Numbered from the stretch's first letter, positions 38,659 to 50,881 are shown. The stretch is DNA of 64,000 nt from Phoronis australis (GCA_002633005.1 NMRA01000315.1:214221-278220); one strand, 5' to 3'. A program made the numbers and translations. The notes: generated by a model not told the origin, from the letters alone.

Positions 38659-39032
38659 GTAAGTAGACTCATAAAATTCACAATATTTCAAAAACCATAT
38701 AATAGTGCTTCAGTAACAATATTGTCAGACTTGTGATACTGGTTGGCTGAATTTTTTTGAACAATAAATTCATGTCACTAACACGCTGAAAAGACATTAT
38801 GTTATTGCTGAAACATTTTCCTTATCGAAATACAAGACTAAAATATATCAAGTAATTTTAATGTTCCCGTGTCTTCAGCATTTCCATGAGGCATGCCCAG
38901 TACGTGTACCATCAGAAGTGACGAAAAATAAAGACATATCTTTACTTTTCAAAAAAATCCATGACTAGTCCATTTGCTATTGACCAATGTCTGACGCTCT
39001 AATCAAATGAAATATTGATCGTACTTTTCCAG

Positions 39033-39200
39033 TAAAATGCCAACAAGGTACATACTATACATTCAACAACTTCGGTGTGGCGGAATGCACTCCGTGTTCT
39101 CGAGGAGACTATCAGCCGGAAACAGGGCAATTGGAATGTTTGGATTGTGGAGTCGGCTTCACGACTGAAGACAGTGGAGCGAAGAATCAAACGGAGTGCA
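39033..39200 (+). CDS. Gene A exon 29: GCC2/GCC3 Cys-rich repeat
   Basis: KCQQGTYYTFNNFGVAECTPCSRGDYQPETGQLECLDCGVGFTTEDSGAKNQTEC. Confidence 0.95.
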
Positions 39201-39489
39201 GTAAGTGTTCACAAATTCGTTGACTCATAACATTTACCTACCCCTTTTGTGGGATGTCCTTTTTACTTACAATTTAGATCAGAATGAAGTTGAGCAACAA
39301 GAATATTTGCACGTCTTAATGTTCACTAGAACAGTCTTTTAAACTGCATTTAGAGAATACAAACATTTGCATTTAACAAAGCCCTTGAACTTGTATTACC
39401 TTGTAGGCTTNCTCTCTCCCTGAACTGCCTTTGTTACTTTATTAGCACAATGCAATCCAATCCCATTATACTATCTTCCTTACTCGCAG

Positions 39490-39663
39490 TTGCTTGTCCA
39501 CCTGGTACTTATTACTTACGGCATGGAGACAACACTCAAGGCGCAGAGTGTGTACGCTGTGGCATCGGCTTCTACCAGCCTCAGGAAGGGTCAAACAGCT
39601 GTTTCGAGTGTCGCAAAGGAATGACCACCAATGGATTGGGTTCGACTAATAAGGACGACTGCA
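39490..39663 (+). CDS. Gene A exon 30: GCC2/GCC3 Cys-rich repeat
   Basis: ACPPGTYY...CVRCGIGFYQPQEGSNSCFECRKGMTTNGLGSTNKDDC. Confidence 0.95.
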
Positions 39664-40435
39664 GTACGTTTACTTTTGTCAAAAGAGCACAACACACAAA
39701 TTTAGGAGAGCCACTGTTTACTCCATATATCTTTAATAAATGGCAGAATACTACAAAGTAATGGTTCACGTGTTGTTTTTTGATAAGTCGACCATGTCTT
39801 TAATTACACACAAAATGTCCCTGGTCACGACTTTATAGCTAGCAAACACATAGGCACATACGGGCAGTTTCAACCGGTGATGTGTTGTAGGTAAACCTAA
39901 TACGAATTATTGAGTAAGTTTTGAAGATAGTTTAAGGTATGCTAAAGAACTGGGGTCTTGCATCATTAAGAATTATGGGTGCAATCAGATATCGACATTT
40001 TCGATAGTTTTACGATGTTGCCTACTATGTGGGTGTGAAAAATATGCAGTCAGTATTGTGTGTAGTCGTACCTGGGGTGTTTGCCTGGCAAACACAGTTA
40101 TCCAGTTGGGCAAATTCATAGTCCAAGACCCTATAAAGTGACCTCGTTAAGAAACCGGTAGTGCCTTACGCCGATTTACCATATGACAGACAAATGATGT
40201 CAAAACAGATTGAATTATACATGTAGTTACGAAGCCAATTTTAGGTGTTGAAGATTAATAACTTTAACGAATTTCAAATACCTTATTTTCTTTGTTGGTA
40301 CCTTTTCTATGGGTAGTTTTCCGTTAATCCTTGATTTAGTATTCCTGTGTATCAGTGCTGGTGTGCAGCTTTGCTGACCACTTTTGTGTCTGACTTTCAT
40401 GCCAATATGTATTGTCAACTGCTGTTCATGTTTAG

Positions 40436-40676
40436 GGTACGTGACAACTACTCCAAAAACGACACAACGCCACACGTCGACTCCTGTGACAACTCAATTT
40501 GCCTCATCTGTGCCAGAATCATCCTCAACACGAGCGCTTTTACATGGATCTACTACTTCTGTGCCACCACGAATGACAACACACGTCACAGAATACACAA
40601 TTGTCATCATTGCCAGCGTTTCAGTTGCGGTCGCAGTTGTAATTGTTGCAATTATTGTAGTGGTTGTCAAGGCTAA
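40436..40676 (+). CDS. Gene A exon 31: Ser/Thr-rich stalk and transmembrane helix
   Basis: YVTTTPKTTQRHTSTPVTT...EYTIVIIASVSVAVAVVIVAIIVVVVKA; phase-2 donor like gene B. Confidence 0.9.
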
Positions 40677-41614
40677 GTACGTATTTACCTGATGCATTCC
40701 TTTCCACAATCTTGCTTTTCAGTCGTCCCAAGGCTCAAGATAGCGCTGATCGATGCAGTTACTTGATGCTTGGGAACGAGGCTGTCTTGATTTTGAGATC
40801 TCTTGTGGAACATACATGTACGCGTCTGCTGTCCAATCTCCACGTCATTTTTGTAACCATTAATTTGGGGCTGCCACTGAACTTGAAACCTGCAGCAACT
40901 GACAAACAGTTATTGGCGCAACTGCAACTCCTCGGGTGTTATCGTAACCTCTGCAAAATCCACGCGATAGTGAACGTTATCGGCGCATCTGGGAACTCAA
41001 GTCATAGAGCTTGTCATATGACTTGCCAACTTTGCACATGACGTTCCCTGACGTAGAAATTAGAGACGTGTGATAATATCCGAGGTGTTTCTGATGTGCC
41101 TTATTCATTATTTAGCTGCTGTACGATCAATCAGCACTTCCGCTCTACAGCGAAAGTTACTCTGAACGATCAAGATTTACATAGAGCGCTGCAGGGACTT
41201 GTGATCATAATTTAATCCATATTGCCAGGGGCGCAACACATGCGACACAATTTCGGGAGATTCCTTGGCTTTTGAAACAAAAATAGCTATTTCCCATATT
41301 GGTCACTTTCATAATTCATTATTTAGCTTGCGTGCGACAAATATCAATTCAGTGTCTGTCACTTTGCTAGCATGCACTTGCAGTAAGATTGCGATCTTCC
41401 TCGAGAAAAATTAGCCTTTCACATGTATGATTTGCCTGTTCTTGGGTGATTACAATTTTCTCGCAAGAATGCAGTCCTGCAAGTCAAATGAAATGTAACT
41501 AAGTGGAATATAAGCCGACTATCCCGTTGTTTGTTAGTCGTGGGGGAAATGAATGGCGTTGGAATTATCCATGAATTTGTGTTACTTGAACTGACTGTAC
41601 TTCGGGAGCAAGTT

Positions 41615-41885
41615 TTCGGTTATACAGAATTTGTTAAATGCACGACACTTTTCATTGTTCACAGTCTTTGTTCCGTTACGTTCGTACTTTCGGAACAAAA
41701 CTCTACTCTCAACTGAACATAGATACAGTAACTGACCTAGCCCGCAAGCTGAATAATGAATTATAAAAGTGACCTATGTCGCCAGGTCAGTTACTGTATC
41801 TATGTTCCGAAAGTACGAACGTAACGGAATAAAGACTGTGAACAATGAAAAGTGTCGTGCATTTAACAAATTCTGTATAACCGAA
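41615..41885. repeat. Hairpin/foldback MITE with ~105-bp near-perfect inverted arms
   Basis: ttcggttatacagaatttgttaaatgcacgacac... pairs with ...gtgtcgtgcatttaacaaattctgtataaccgaa; ~20-bp insertion in the left arm. Confidence 0.85.
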
Positions 41886-42461
41886 TTTGTGTTAACAAAG
41901 ACTTGGTTGGGCGACTCCGCCATAAGTTAGGGGTGGGTACTGAACACTGGCCTTTATAGGAAAATTTTGTAAATGCGTGTTTTAATGTTTGATTAATCCA
42001 ATGGATGTAGTTTAAGGAATGTGAACATTTTTTTTTATTTGACTCCAACACGTAAGTGTTTGTGGTGTGTTTCATCACACGACGACTGATACGTCTGTCC
42101 TCATACATGACCGTAACTTCCGTTATGAAGAGATGTTGATCGCAGGCCGTTGAAGATCACTTCATTCATGCCAACCAAACGTGAGATGTCGCTATTCTTG
42201 ATCTGACCATTTATAAGCTGCAGAACTCATAAACGCTTGATGTGTTAGCAAATCGAGCAGGTAAAACACGTCAATCTACTATAAAACAAATGAATCACAG
42301 GAAAGACGAGTAAATGGTCTTGGGATAACGTACACCATTTTTTCCTGTCTTTTCAGGTGATATGGACTTCGGGAGAGCGATGTTACTCTCCCTCCGTCCA
42401 TGTGACTTGTTATCACCATCGGAATTGCTCTCTATACATGTATTTGTATAATATATTTCAG

Positions 42462-42570
42462 TACTGCTCGGCGTGCTGCATATGCCGTCGCTCAGAAAAA
42501 GAGATGCCAATCAATGGATATGAAGGAGTTGTCATATTCTGTCAAGTCTCGTGGTGGCAAGCAAATGTAG
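42462..42570 (+). CDS. Gene A candidate terminal exon: short cytoplasmic tail
   Basis: atatttcag acceptor; phase-2 join gives NTARRAAYAVAQKKRCQSMDMKELSYSVKSRGGKQM*. Other acceptors (40723, 41116) are also possible. Confidence 0.4.
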
Positions 42571-42880
42571 CTGTCTCAGCCCTTGGCAACTGGCGGTTAT
42601 GGAGACTTGACTGATGTCGCTAAGCTTGCACTTTATCTCCCACAACACTTTGCTGTGTGACGGACCGTTTCGTGATAGTTATTAGTGCGTTTAAAGAGTT
42701 CACTCGTTTGGTTTGTGTGGATAACTTTCGATACAATTGTTAAATTTAGAGGTTAAGTTTATGTAATAACATGTACAATGTACAAGACTTAATTTTTTTC
42801 ATTGAACTTGGTAGTCTTAGAAGCTAAATGATATCGTACAGTAATTGCAGATGTGTTTACATTTAAACTTATGCACGTAC

Positions 42881-43115
42881 CAGTGGCAGATCTACCTTTC
42901 CAGTAAGGGGAGGGGTGGTTAGGATTCGAGCGAATCCGAGGCGGGTAGCGCTGAGTGGAAGGAAGGTCAGGAGGGCGTTTCCTCCCGTGTAACATTTTTG
43001 TGTTTTTTAGTACCTGATTTCATTTTTCTGGCGAAATTTTTTTCAATTTTTATTTTTTGATCCTGTACCCAGTGGGGAGATTGAACCTCCTGAACCCCCT
43101 TTAGATCCGCCTCTG
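42881..43115. mobile_element. MITE with CAGTGGCAGATCTA-type TIRs
   Basis: cagtggcagatcta / tagatccgcctctg ends; cgtac on both flanks; related end fragments at ~21101, ~45950 and ~53566-53580. Confidence 0.65.
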
Positions 43116-45441
43116 CGTACGCAGCGTGTTTTGATACACGTTTTGATTTATAAATAGGTCGAGTTAGTATTCATACACACGATAATGCCGCTTACCCAAT
43201 GGTCTTTACTGATTGATTCAACAGGAACATTCGTTGCTACCAACTATTTCTTACAATCTGAATTGTGCGACTTGACCTTGACCTAACTGTGCCTGGAACT
43301 TTAAAGCGGATCTAAGCTCCTCGTCAATAATAAAGAACAACTTTTGACTTAGAAAACTTACTGTTGTGAAACTGGCATTAAATCTTTCCCTAGTCAAATT
43401 GTAGATGATTTTATGGCTTTGTGAGAACCGATTGTTCATCACGGTTTCTTGAGAGCAAGCTCTAGAAGTTGGTTTAACATGGCATGATATTTTCTGCGCA
43501 GAGCTAGGTCTCCATCGACGAATAATGAACGGTCAGTGGTTCACAAACCGAGGAATCGCTTCTAATTTGAGTAATTCTTAAATTGAAGCCAATTTTACTG
43601 CTGTGCATCTGGCCCCACTCAACGGATCGCTTCTTAGACGCACCGATAGGCTTAGATTAGCTATTAATCAAATCATTAGCGGAGTTAAGGTAACGTAATG
43701 TGGATTTGAAAACTTAGATGTGAACTACATGTACGTAATCAGTATTTGTTTTGGAATACGTATTAAACAGTAACACACATACTCAATGACTTTGTCTTAG
43801 TCATTCGTCTATTTGCACCTCCAGACCGACACTAAAGACCGTAGTTGAGTACCGCCAACCAGGCTTTACAGGTTCTGTTCTTATGTTTACAATAGGGGGC
43901 TTTTTATATTGACGCTCACTAGAGTAATGAGAACACGAGGACGAATTGCAATTGATCCCGACTTAGATTTGGTGAACAGTAGTCTTTAAATATGCTAAAA
44001 CACTTGGGGGAAACAATGGTATCAAACCCGCGTCTTGACGATGAAACTAACTTTTGGCCTAGACCCTTAGCACATTCAAATGGACGCCAGCTTGTTTCGT
44101 TAACCCGTGAAAAGTGAATTTTGGTCTTGCTTAGAACCTCCATTCAGTTATTGATCGAGACCATGCAAGGAAAAAGAACACGCCGTGACAAGTCATTTGT
44201 AGAGCCTGGTCTAAAGCAAAAATGAACTGAGAGCAAATGTTTCAATAGTAAGGGGTCGAAATTAAAAAAGGGTTTCCATGGCGCTTACTTAGTTTTGTCA
44301 AACTTTTAGGTTAAAATATTAGCGATGATTACTTCATTATAAAGCCTCCGTGTGCGCAAAATCCGCGAAGTGTAGACGTCGGAGTTTCTCAGCTCTGATT
44401 TAAGTTCTGAAACTGAAAACATGACTGCTTCTGCGGTTGTGTTTCTATCGTAGCCGTAAAGACTTGGTCTAACTCTTCAAAACATTACCGTATCTGCATG
44501 GACGCGCCGCGGAACCTAAAATCGGTACTTTAAACTCAATTTGTCCCAAATCATTACTAAAACCGATTTTGATTGTTACGGCTGTGGGTAGCCTACGCTA
44601 TGTGGGACAGGTATGTCGCCTAGCAGTATTAATAACAGTTGTAAGGTATGTCTGTCTAAATGCATAGATTTCTAGGAACATTAGTCCATTTGTATGGTAA
44701 GCGGGTCTTATGAGATACACTAACCATACTGATTCTCAACAAGAGACTACCACCAGATAGAACACCACCATAGGACTTTAACAGTGTCGTTGAGAACACT
44801 CTTTGCCATGCAGGTGAAAATAACAAGAACTTAAGATGCTTTCCCCGTGTTTATTGGCTAAGTACATCAAGTTAAATGATAAGAAAATTATAGTTATACC
44901 CAGAACTTGGGAGTTACACCACATGACACTGTGAAAATGTGCCTAGCTTACATGTATTCCAAAACGAGGTCAGTGAAGACAAGGATGTTACTGAATATGA
45001 GTCAGCCATATTCATGCCCTCTGGACAGCAGTCACACAATGATGAGCCATATTGTCGATTTTCAAGATTGTTTCAAAAAGTTGGACCACAGAAACGGTAT
45101 TAGCCAAATATAAGATGTAATGTTTTTTCTCGTCATACTGAACGTATTAGGCACTTGTTTAAGTTATAATGTAAGCTGAGTCAACGTTGGGAACACGACA
45201 TACAGTTATGAGTCTTCGTGTCCTGTCTAATATTTGACGTGCTTTGTATCTATAACTAACAAGTTTTATTAAGCCACTCCAGGTTAACATAATGTAAAAT
45301 TGTCATCAGAGCTCCAAGCTATCCTCCACCTATCATAGAAGTAGATAATACTGGTACACTTAGTAATGAGTTTATCGAACTTTACAGACGTGCAATCTTT
45401 ATAGTTCATAGAAGGGGAGATAACTCGTGTGTAAAACAATA

Positions 45442-46552
45442 TAGCAGCCGATTTCATAAAGGTGGTTTAACAAAACCAGATTTAAGAATTAAATCTGGTC
45501 TTCCTAAACACGGTCTAAGTTTAGACCTAATTTGATTTTCACCAGCGCGGTTTAAAAGTCTGAAAGTTTGGTTTTGTGATACCATAAAGCGTGTATAGTA
45601 AAACCAATGAGGTTTAAAGCATCCAAGCCCTCTACAATATTGATAGGGATTAACCCACCAAAGAATAAAGCGCTTCAATGAAACATTGACCACGTGGGTA
45701 CACAATGGCAAACAGCAGTAGAATCAGTGAAAACATTTGCGAAAAGGGGCTAAAAGCTTTACTCACGAGGAAAAATGTTTCCTCCTATAACTGATCAGAG
45801 AAAAGGCCAACGTCATAGTCGAGAACAAGAAAATTGGTGCCAAACTAAGTCAACGTAAGCAGCACGCTTGGAGAGACATTGCTCCAGAATAAAGGCCAGA
45901 AAGAAAATTTCATCAGTGACAAAATTAACCAGAAAAGCAGTGAAGGACCCAGTGGCAGATTTAGGATATCATGAGGAAATATTTTTCATGTCGTATTGCT
46001 TGTGTTCAACACGCGTACATACATTTTGTACTTGCTCACGATTAGCCGCAACACATATACATGTACAGGTAGTAAATGTACACATTTATTTCCGAGTCAT
46101 TTACTTTTTGCGGTCTGCACTGATCCTGCTAGTGTCTGTGTGTCATTGTCATTGTATTGCCACGTGATCAAGGTTTCATTGAAACACTTTAATAGTTTCT
46201 TTGTTGGGTTAATCCAGATCGACACAGTAGGGTGGCTTGGATACTTTGAACCAGCCTCATGTTCAGTAAGACTAGTGCCTCGCTGAGAAGAAAGACTTTG
46301 CGAGGTTACCTGATGTATTGCGGTATATATTGAATGAGAACACGTGATTTCGGTTAGATATTAGCTAGGTCCAAGCGTATGTCCTAGAGTTACTGAACGC
46401 ACGCTACCTGGTCTGACAAAACCAGGATTTCACACTTTTAAACCACGTTGGTGAAATGCAAGTTAGGGTCTAAGATTAGACCAGGTTTAGAAAGACCTGG
46501 TGTAAGTCTTAAACCTGGTTTTGTTAAACCACTTTCATGAAATCTGCTGCTG
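45442..46552 (+). mobile_element. PIF/Harbinger-derived non-autonomous element with long diverged TIRs and a Myb/SANT remnant
   Basis: Inverted arms ~45442-45720 and ~46130-46552; 45749-45892 reads AKSFTHEEKCFLL*LIREKANVIVENKKIGAKLSQRKQHAWRDIAPE*, matching the Myb/SANT-like protein of Harbinger elements. Confidence 0.75.
46261..46398. mobile_element. ~135-bp MITE (copy 2) nested in the Harbinger right arm
   Basis: gttcagtaa / ttactgaac ends; colinear with 26908-27035; absent from the left arm. Confidence 0.65.
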
Positions 46553-47019
46553 GTCTAAAAGTTGGACCACCTTTATGAAATGCAGATTATCTTTAAACCT
46601 GGTCTAAGTCCAGTTTAAACCAGATTCAACTGTTGCTTCGTCACTTGTGTAGGAATTTCTAGGTTTTTCTCAATGCGGCGCATTTTGATCTTAATTTTTT
46701 GCGCCGAAAAAACCTGCTCTAATGCCACACCTGCGCCGAAACAAACAATCAAGTGGTCAACAAATAACTGATACGTTACGTTAAAATGGTATCTAATCAG
46801 TCAATTTACTCTTATAAACAAATTGACCTAAAGTCCAAAACTTAAGACTGTTGATCGCCAGCTCCTTGCTTGGGGTCTCGAAGCTCGTCGCGCGAGAATT
46901 CGGTCAAATCAACCCTCTCAAGCCTCGCTTTGGATAGGGCTAACACCGCTCGACGAGCAGCACTGGAATGAGGAAGTAAGTTGTTATCGTCAAATAAAAT
47001 GAGTCAGGTGTCACCGGAG

Positions 47020-47025
47020 TTTATT
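47020..47025 (-). promoter_or_regulatory. Candidate polyadenylation signal of gene B
   Basis: AATAAA on the minus strand ~590 nt after the proposed stop codon. Confidence 0.3.
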
Positions 47026-47612
47026 GAAGACAAGTTTGTGGCATATAGTATAGTATAATATATACTGATATATATCTGCGTGTGGGTGTGTTTGTGTNGT
47101 GCTTGTGTGCGTGTGTGCGTATGTGTGTGTGTGTGAAAAATGAAATCGACAAAGTTAATAAAAAGCATTTTCTATGCATGATAGTCGCAATAGACAGTTC
47201 TTGTGGCAGTTCCTTATCAAGCAAGCCTAATTTCTCAAATGTACATCTTTCGCGTATGCAATATATGCAAACAATTGTCTCTGTATACCCCGACTGACTG
47301 TTCTCCAACTAGATGGAGCTGTCTTGAGAAAACAAGTCAAATGTAGCTGCGACAGCTGTTTAGCAATTCTGAGCTCTAAAACACGACTGAGTAACGTCAC
47401 GGAGTGCTACTCGACGTGGGCTTTGATTGGTCGAAGCCTTCTCGGCATAAACTACATTGTGAGGGAAGACTCTGAAGGGAAATTGGACACACCTGTCCAC
47501 ACCAACAAACATGGTCCTTTAACGAAGAAAAACATAACCGGCATCTTAACGTGTATTTTAGAGTACAGAAATAACTGTGCTTTTTGTGACCCACACTCAT
47601 GTAAACCATCTA

Positions 47613-47673
47613 TCAGCTGTGTGGAGAAAACGTCGCAACATTCAACGAGTTTTTAGATTTGTCTCGACACATA
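47613..47673 (-). CDS. Gene B candidate terminal exon: cytoplasmic tail
   Basis: Tandem acceptor tagcag; phase-2 join gives RMCRDKSKNSLNVATFSPHS*. Confidence 0.6.
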
Positions 47674-48042
47674 CTGCTATAGCATATTATACAGAAAATT
47701 TCGAAAAGTTTAGAGGATTTACACATCAAATAAACCAATCACGCATAAAAGTATTTCAACTTTAATATGTAAAGTTCATTTTGACCCATACAATATTCAT
47801 TTTTATGTATCGAATAGATACTCGTCTATAACTGACGCCTACGCGTACTTCCTTATACTGTAAGTTAAATCCTACGCGGATGTTGACAAGTGTGCATGTA
47901 AATGGCATTTAATAATGGCGATAAGGCCTTATGGCCGAAAAACGGTACATGCACCATAATTAACTACCTATCAACTTGAGGTGGATAAACCAGAGTGGGA
48001 TCGAAATTAAACGAAGTTAGAGAAGGCATAACAGTTTCTCAC

Positions 48043-48292
48043 CGTCGTCTCAGACCAACCATAGCGAGTGCAACCGTTCCAGTAATCACGAACACTCCTC
48101 CGATCGTCACTGCGACAATAATAGTCAATGTGCTGCCCCCTGCAGTAGTAGATTCTTTTGACGGAAGTGGTGCTGTGGCAGGCATTGCGGTGCGCGTCAA
48201 AAATGCTGTCGACGCGTGGACGCCTTCCAGTTTAGCGGTAGTTGGTGCAGCGGTTGTTGCTTCCTGCGTGGTTACTACGATCCTGGGATTAA
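48043..48292 (-). CDS. Gene B: Thr-rich stalk and transmembrane helix (=A31)
   Basis: VNPRIVVTTQEATTAAPTT...TLTIIVAVTIGGVFVITGTVALAMVGLRR. Confidence 0.9.
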
Positions 48293-48517
48293 CTAAAGGA
48301 AGACGAACATTGTGTAAAATCCATTGCTGTTGCACATTGGAAGTCTTCTCACTGCACCAGTTTACTATTTTGATGACACGTTCTGTACACCGCAAACTGG
48401 TGTGACTTCGTTACAACTTAAGAAGTGTAAAATTGGTTGGAAACATTTAACTTTACCTAATACCCAGTTTCAACTATATTCCGTAGAACATTTTTAAAAA
48501 CGATTTCATTAACGTAC

Positions 48518-48673
48518 CGCAGGATATTCCATCGGAAAGCATGTCACTCGGACATTCCAAGCAGTAAGATTGTCCTTCTAGGGGCTGGTAGAAACCATCT
48601 GCACATTTGGCACAGGTTGTGCCGTTGTTATAACCAAGGTCGTCAACGAAGAATGTCCCACGCTTGCAAATAA
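48518..48673 (-). CDS. Gene B: GCC2/GCC3 repeat (=A30)
   Basis: ICKRGTFF...CAKCADGFYQPLEGQSYCLECPSDMLSDGISC. Confidence 0.93.
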
Positions 48674-48973
48674 CTGTGGCAAACAGAATTCGAGCTCTTG
48701 ATTCAAGTACATGAAGAATTTTTTTATAGGGAAAATAACACATAAATATTTTCTTTGAAAATGTATTACTAAGAGATCACACACTTCGTGTTAGCCTCTC
48801 AACAAGCAGCAATGTTGATGGATATGTGACAAGAACTGTTTATAGTTCCAGAAACTTTTGTAGCATGCATAGCTTTCATATATCTTCTGCCATTTATGTG
48901 AAACAATGTCGCAAATTAACACAATGTCTTGCTTAAGAGCATGATGTTGCACAATTAGTGATAACAAACCTAC

Positions 48974-49147
48974 CACAATCCATCTTGCTCTTGGCTCCCG
49001 TTTTATCAGTCGAGTAACCAACATCACACTTCAAACATTTTAATTGTCCCGTTTGATGTTGAAAGTAACCTCTTGGGCACTTGTGACAGGAAAACGCATC
49101 GACCACCTTTCCTTGATTAGCGAAGTATGTTCCTGGTTGGCATTTAA
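48974..49147 (-). CDS. Gene B: GCC2/GCC3 repeat (=A29)
   Basis: KCQPGTYF...CHKCPRGYFQHQTGQLKCLKCDVGYSTDKTGAKSKMDC. Confidence 0.95.
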
Positions 49148-49927
49148 CTGTGGATGACATTCACGGTAGATCAACACAAGTGCACAATATGACCAATAAC
49201 TAACAGAAACATGATAAATTTAAAAATCGCTACACCTGGAACACGTGCATAAAGACTTGTGAGTTTGACTTTGTGGTTAGATCTCATAAGAAACGGTCAG
49301 GTGACAACAGTAATGTCAGCCAGGGTAGCGTTTTGTAGACCAAGTTTCTTTTGAGATAAGCTGATTAATTGATTCAATTGGCAGTTTTGATTATTGTCAT
49401 TTGAATTTCCAGTGAACCAATCAGTGACCATCACAAAGCATGTTGGCATTTTTTGCAGGGAATGTTTCGACTAAGGTCTACGTTATATTTCGCTTCGAAA
49501 TCAGCGGGTGGGTGTTGACGAAATAATACGAACGAAGTTTCTATAGTCCCGTTTACACTTCAAAAGTTGACACGGATCAGCTGCCATTTGTGAGGTAGAG
49601 CAATTTGCGCCTGAACATCTTGCTCCGTGTCAATTATATGTCTAAACGCGAAACTACATACAGTGTAGTTCTACCATGATCTACGACTCAGGGTAAGTGG
49701 TTTTAACAGGAATTATGTTTGACAGACACTATTACGAAAAATATGAAGCCTATCTCGAAAAAGTTCGAACGTCAAAGTAGAAGGAATTAGGATTCAAGAT
49801 CAGCATGCTTTAAGTCTAAGCTAGGTTAATGATTAATTTCAACAATTTAACCAGTGTGGAGCTTTCCATAAGTTATCATTTTTAGAGTAAGCGTCCCTTA
49901 ACTCGCATGAGAAAACCAGGTCTTTAC

Positions 49928-50098
49928 CGCATATCTCGCCCCCAGATGCAACTACCGAACCCTCGCTACAATTAATGCTGGTCATCATGTTTGGATTAGC
50001 CGCATATGATACGCCATCGACGTCGAACTTGATAGTTCCATTTGCAAGCAGGGCGTCTGCCTTTTCAGCCAGCTTCAGTATATCAGTAGTGTCTATGT
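49928..50098 (-). CDS. Gene B: second polybasic-site domain C-part (=A28)
   Basis: IDTTDILKLAEKADALLANGTIKFDVDGVSYAANPNMMTSINCSEGSVVASGGEIC; 171 nt as in A. Confidence 0.92.
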
Positions 50099-50161
50099 CT
50101 GCAAGTAAATAGATCTTAAATAATTGATTTAAGTTAAATAATTGGCATTAAGAGACATGTT

Positions 50162-50505
50162 CAGGAGTACCATATCGTACTCATGAGCACCACATCTTAC
50201 GCACGAACCACCTGCGAACATATGAATCTTGCATATTAACCCAACAATCACGCACAAATCATACGCACGAGCATCCGAAACATACGGACGAGCCAACAAA
50301 CGACAAAGTGTCCGTGTGTGTGTTTCGGAGATCGTGTGTTCGTTTGTGTGATTTTTGTGATTCGTGCGCATGATTTTTGCCCACATGCGTGATTTTTGGG
50401 TTCGTATACATAAAACATGGGTTCGTATGTATGATTCACAGGTAAGTCATGAGTGGTTGATTTGTGAGATGTGATGATCCTGCGGATGATTCTATGGTGC
50501 CCCTG
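50162..50505. mobile_element. MITE related to 12811-13138 (copy 2)
   Basis: caggagtaccata / gattctatggtgcccctg ends and tacgcacga subrepeats. Confidence 0.6.
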
Positions 50506-50881
50506 ATTTCGAGATGGTTCGGATTACATGTACCTACAGGATTTCTTTCGACGTTAGTATATCGGCAGCAAACAGATCTTTCTTCGCAAAGACAACACCA
50601 CATCACTTAAGTATTAGAAATAACATTCTTCATTAGCATTTCTAAGTGGTACGGTATACGTTGTGCGTTAAAACTTCACACGAATGCGCTGTGCCTGAAT
50701 TCTGCGATAAATTTGCTGTACAAAACCTCATCAAAGTTTATTCCAGACCCTTCGTGATCGGAACGAGGACACGAAGGGAAGGCTGAAAAGGATATCGCGT
50801 TTCTCTTCATTAGTGGGGTCAAGAGGCAGTTACTAAGTATTTCCCGTTTGTGTTTCAATCCGACTGATACATGTACTGTAC

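Larger units (their letters stand above)
8033..42570 (+). other. Gene A: multi-exon gene for a large type I transmembrane CCP/HYR/GCC/EGF/TSP1 mosaic protein (SVEP1/uninflatable-like)
   Basis: About 32 GT-AG-bounded exons join in frame with compatible intron phases (one 1-nt frameshift in exon 5); exons 16-31 are confirmed by the paralog on the minus strand. First and last exons are less certain. Confidence 0.9.

Noticed and set aside
40664-41041. 125-aa ORF as a long cytoplasmic domain of gene A
   Set aside because: Would need a 46-nt intron, has no recognisable motif and no counterpart in gene B; not excluded but unsupported.
8033-42570. Assigning the symbol SVEP1, uif or HMCN1 to gene A
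   Set aside because: No vWA, pentraxin, CUB, LamG or Ig domains seen; domain order differs and orthology cannot be shown by eye.
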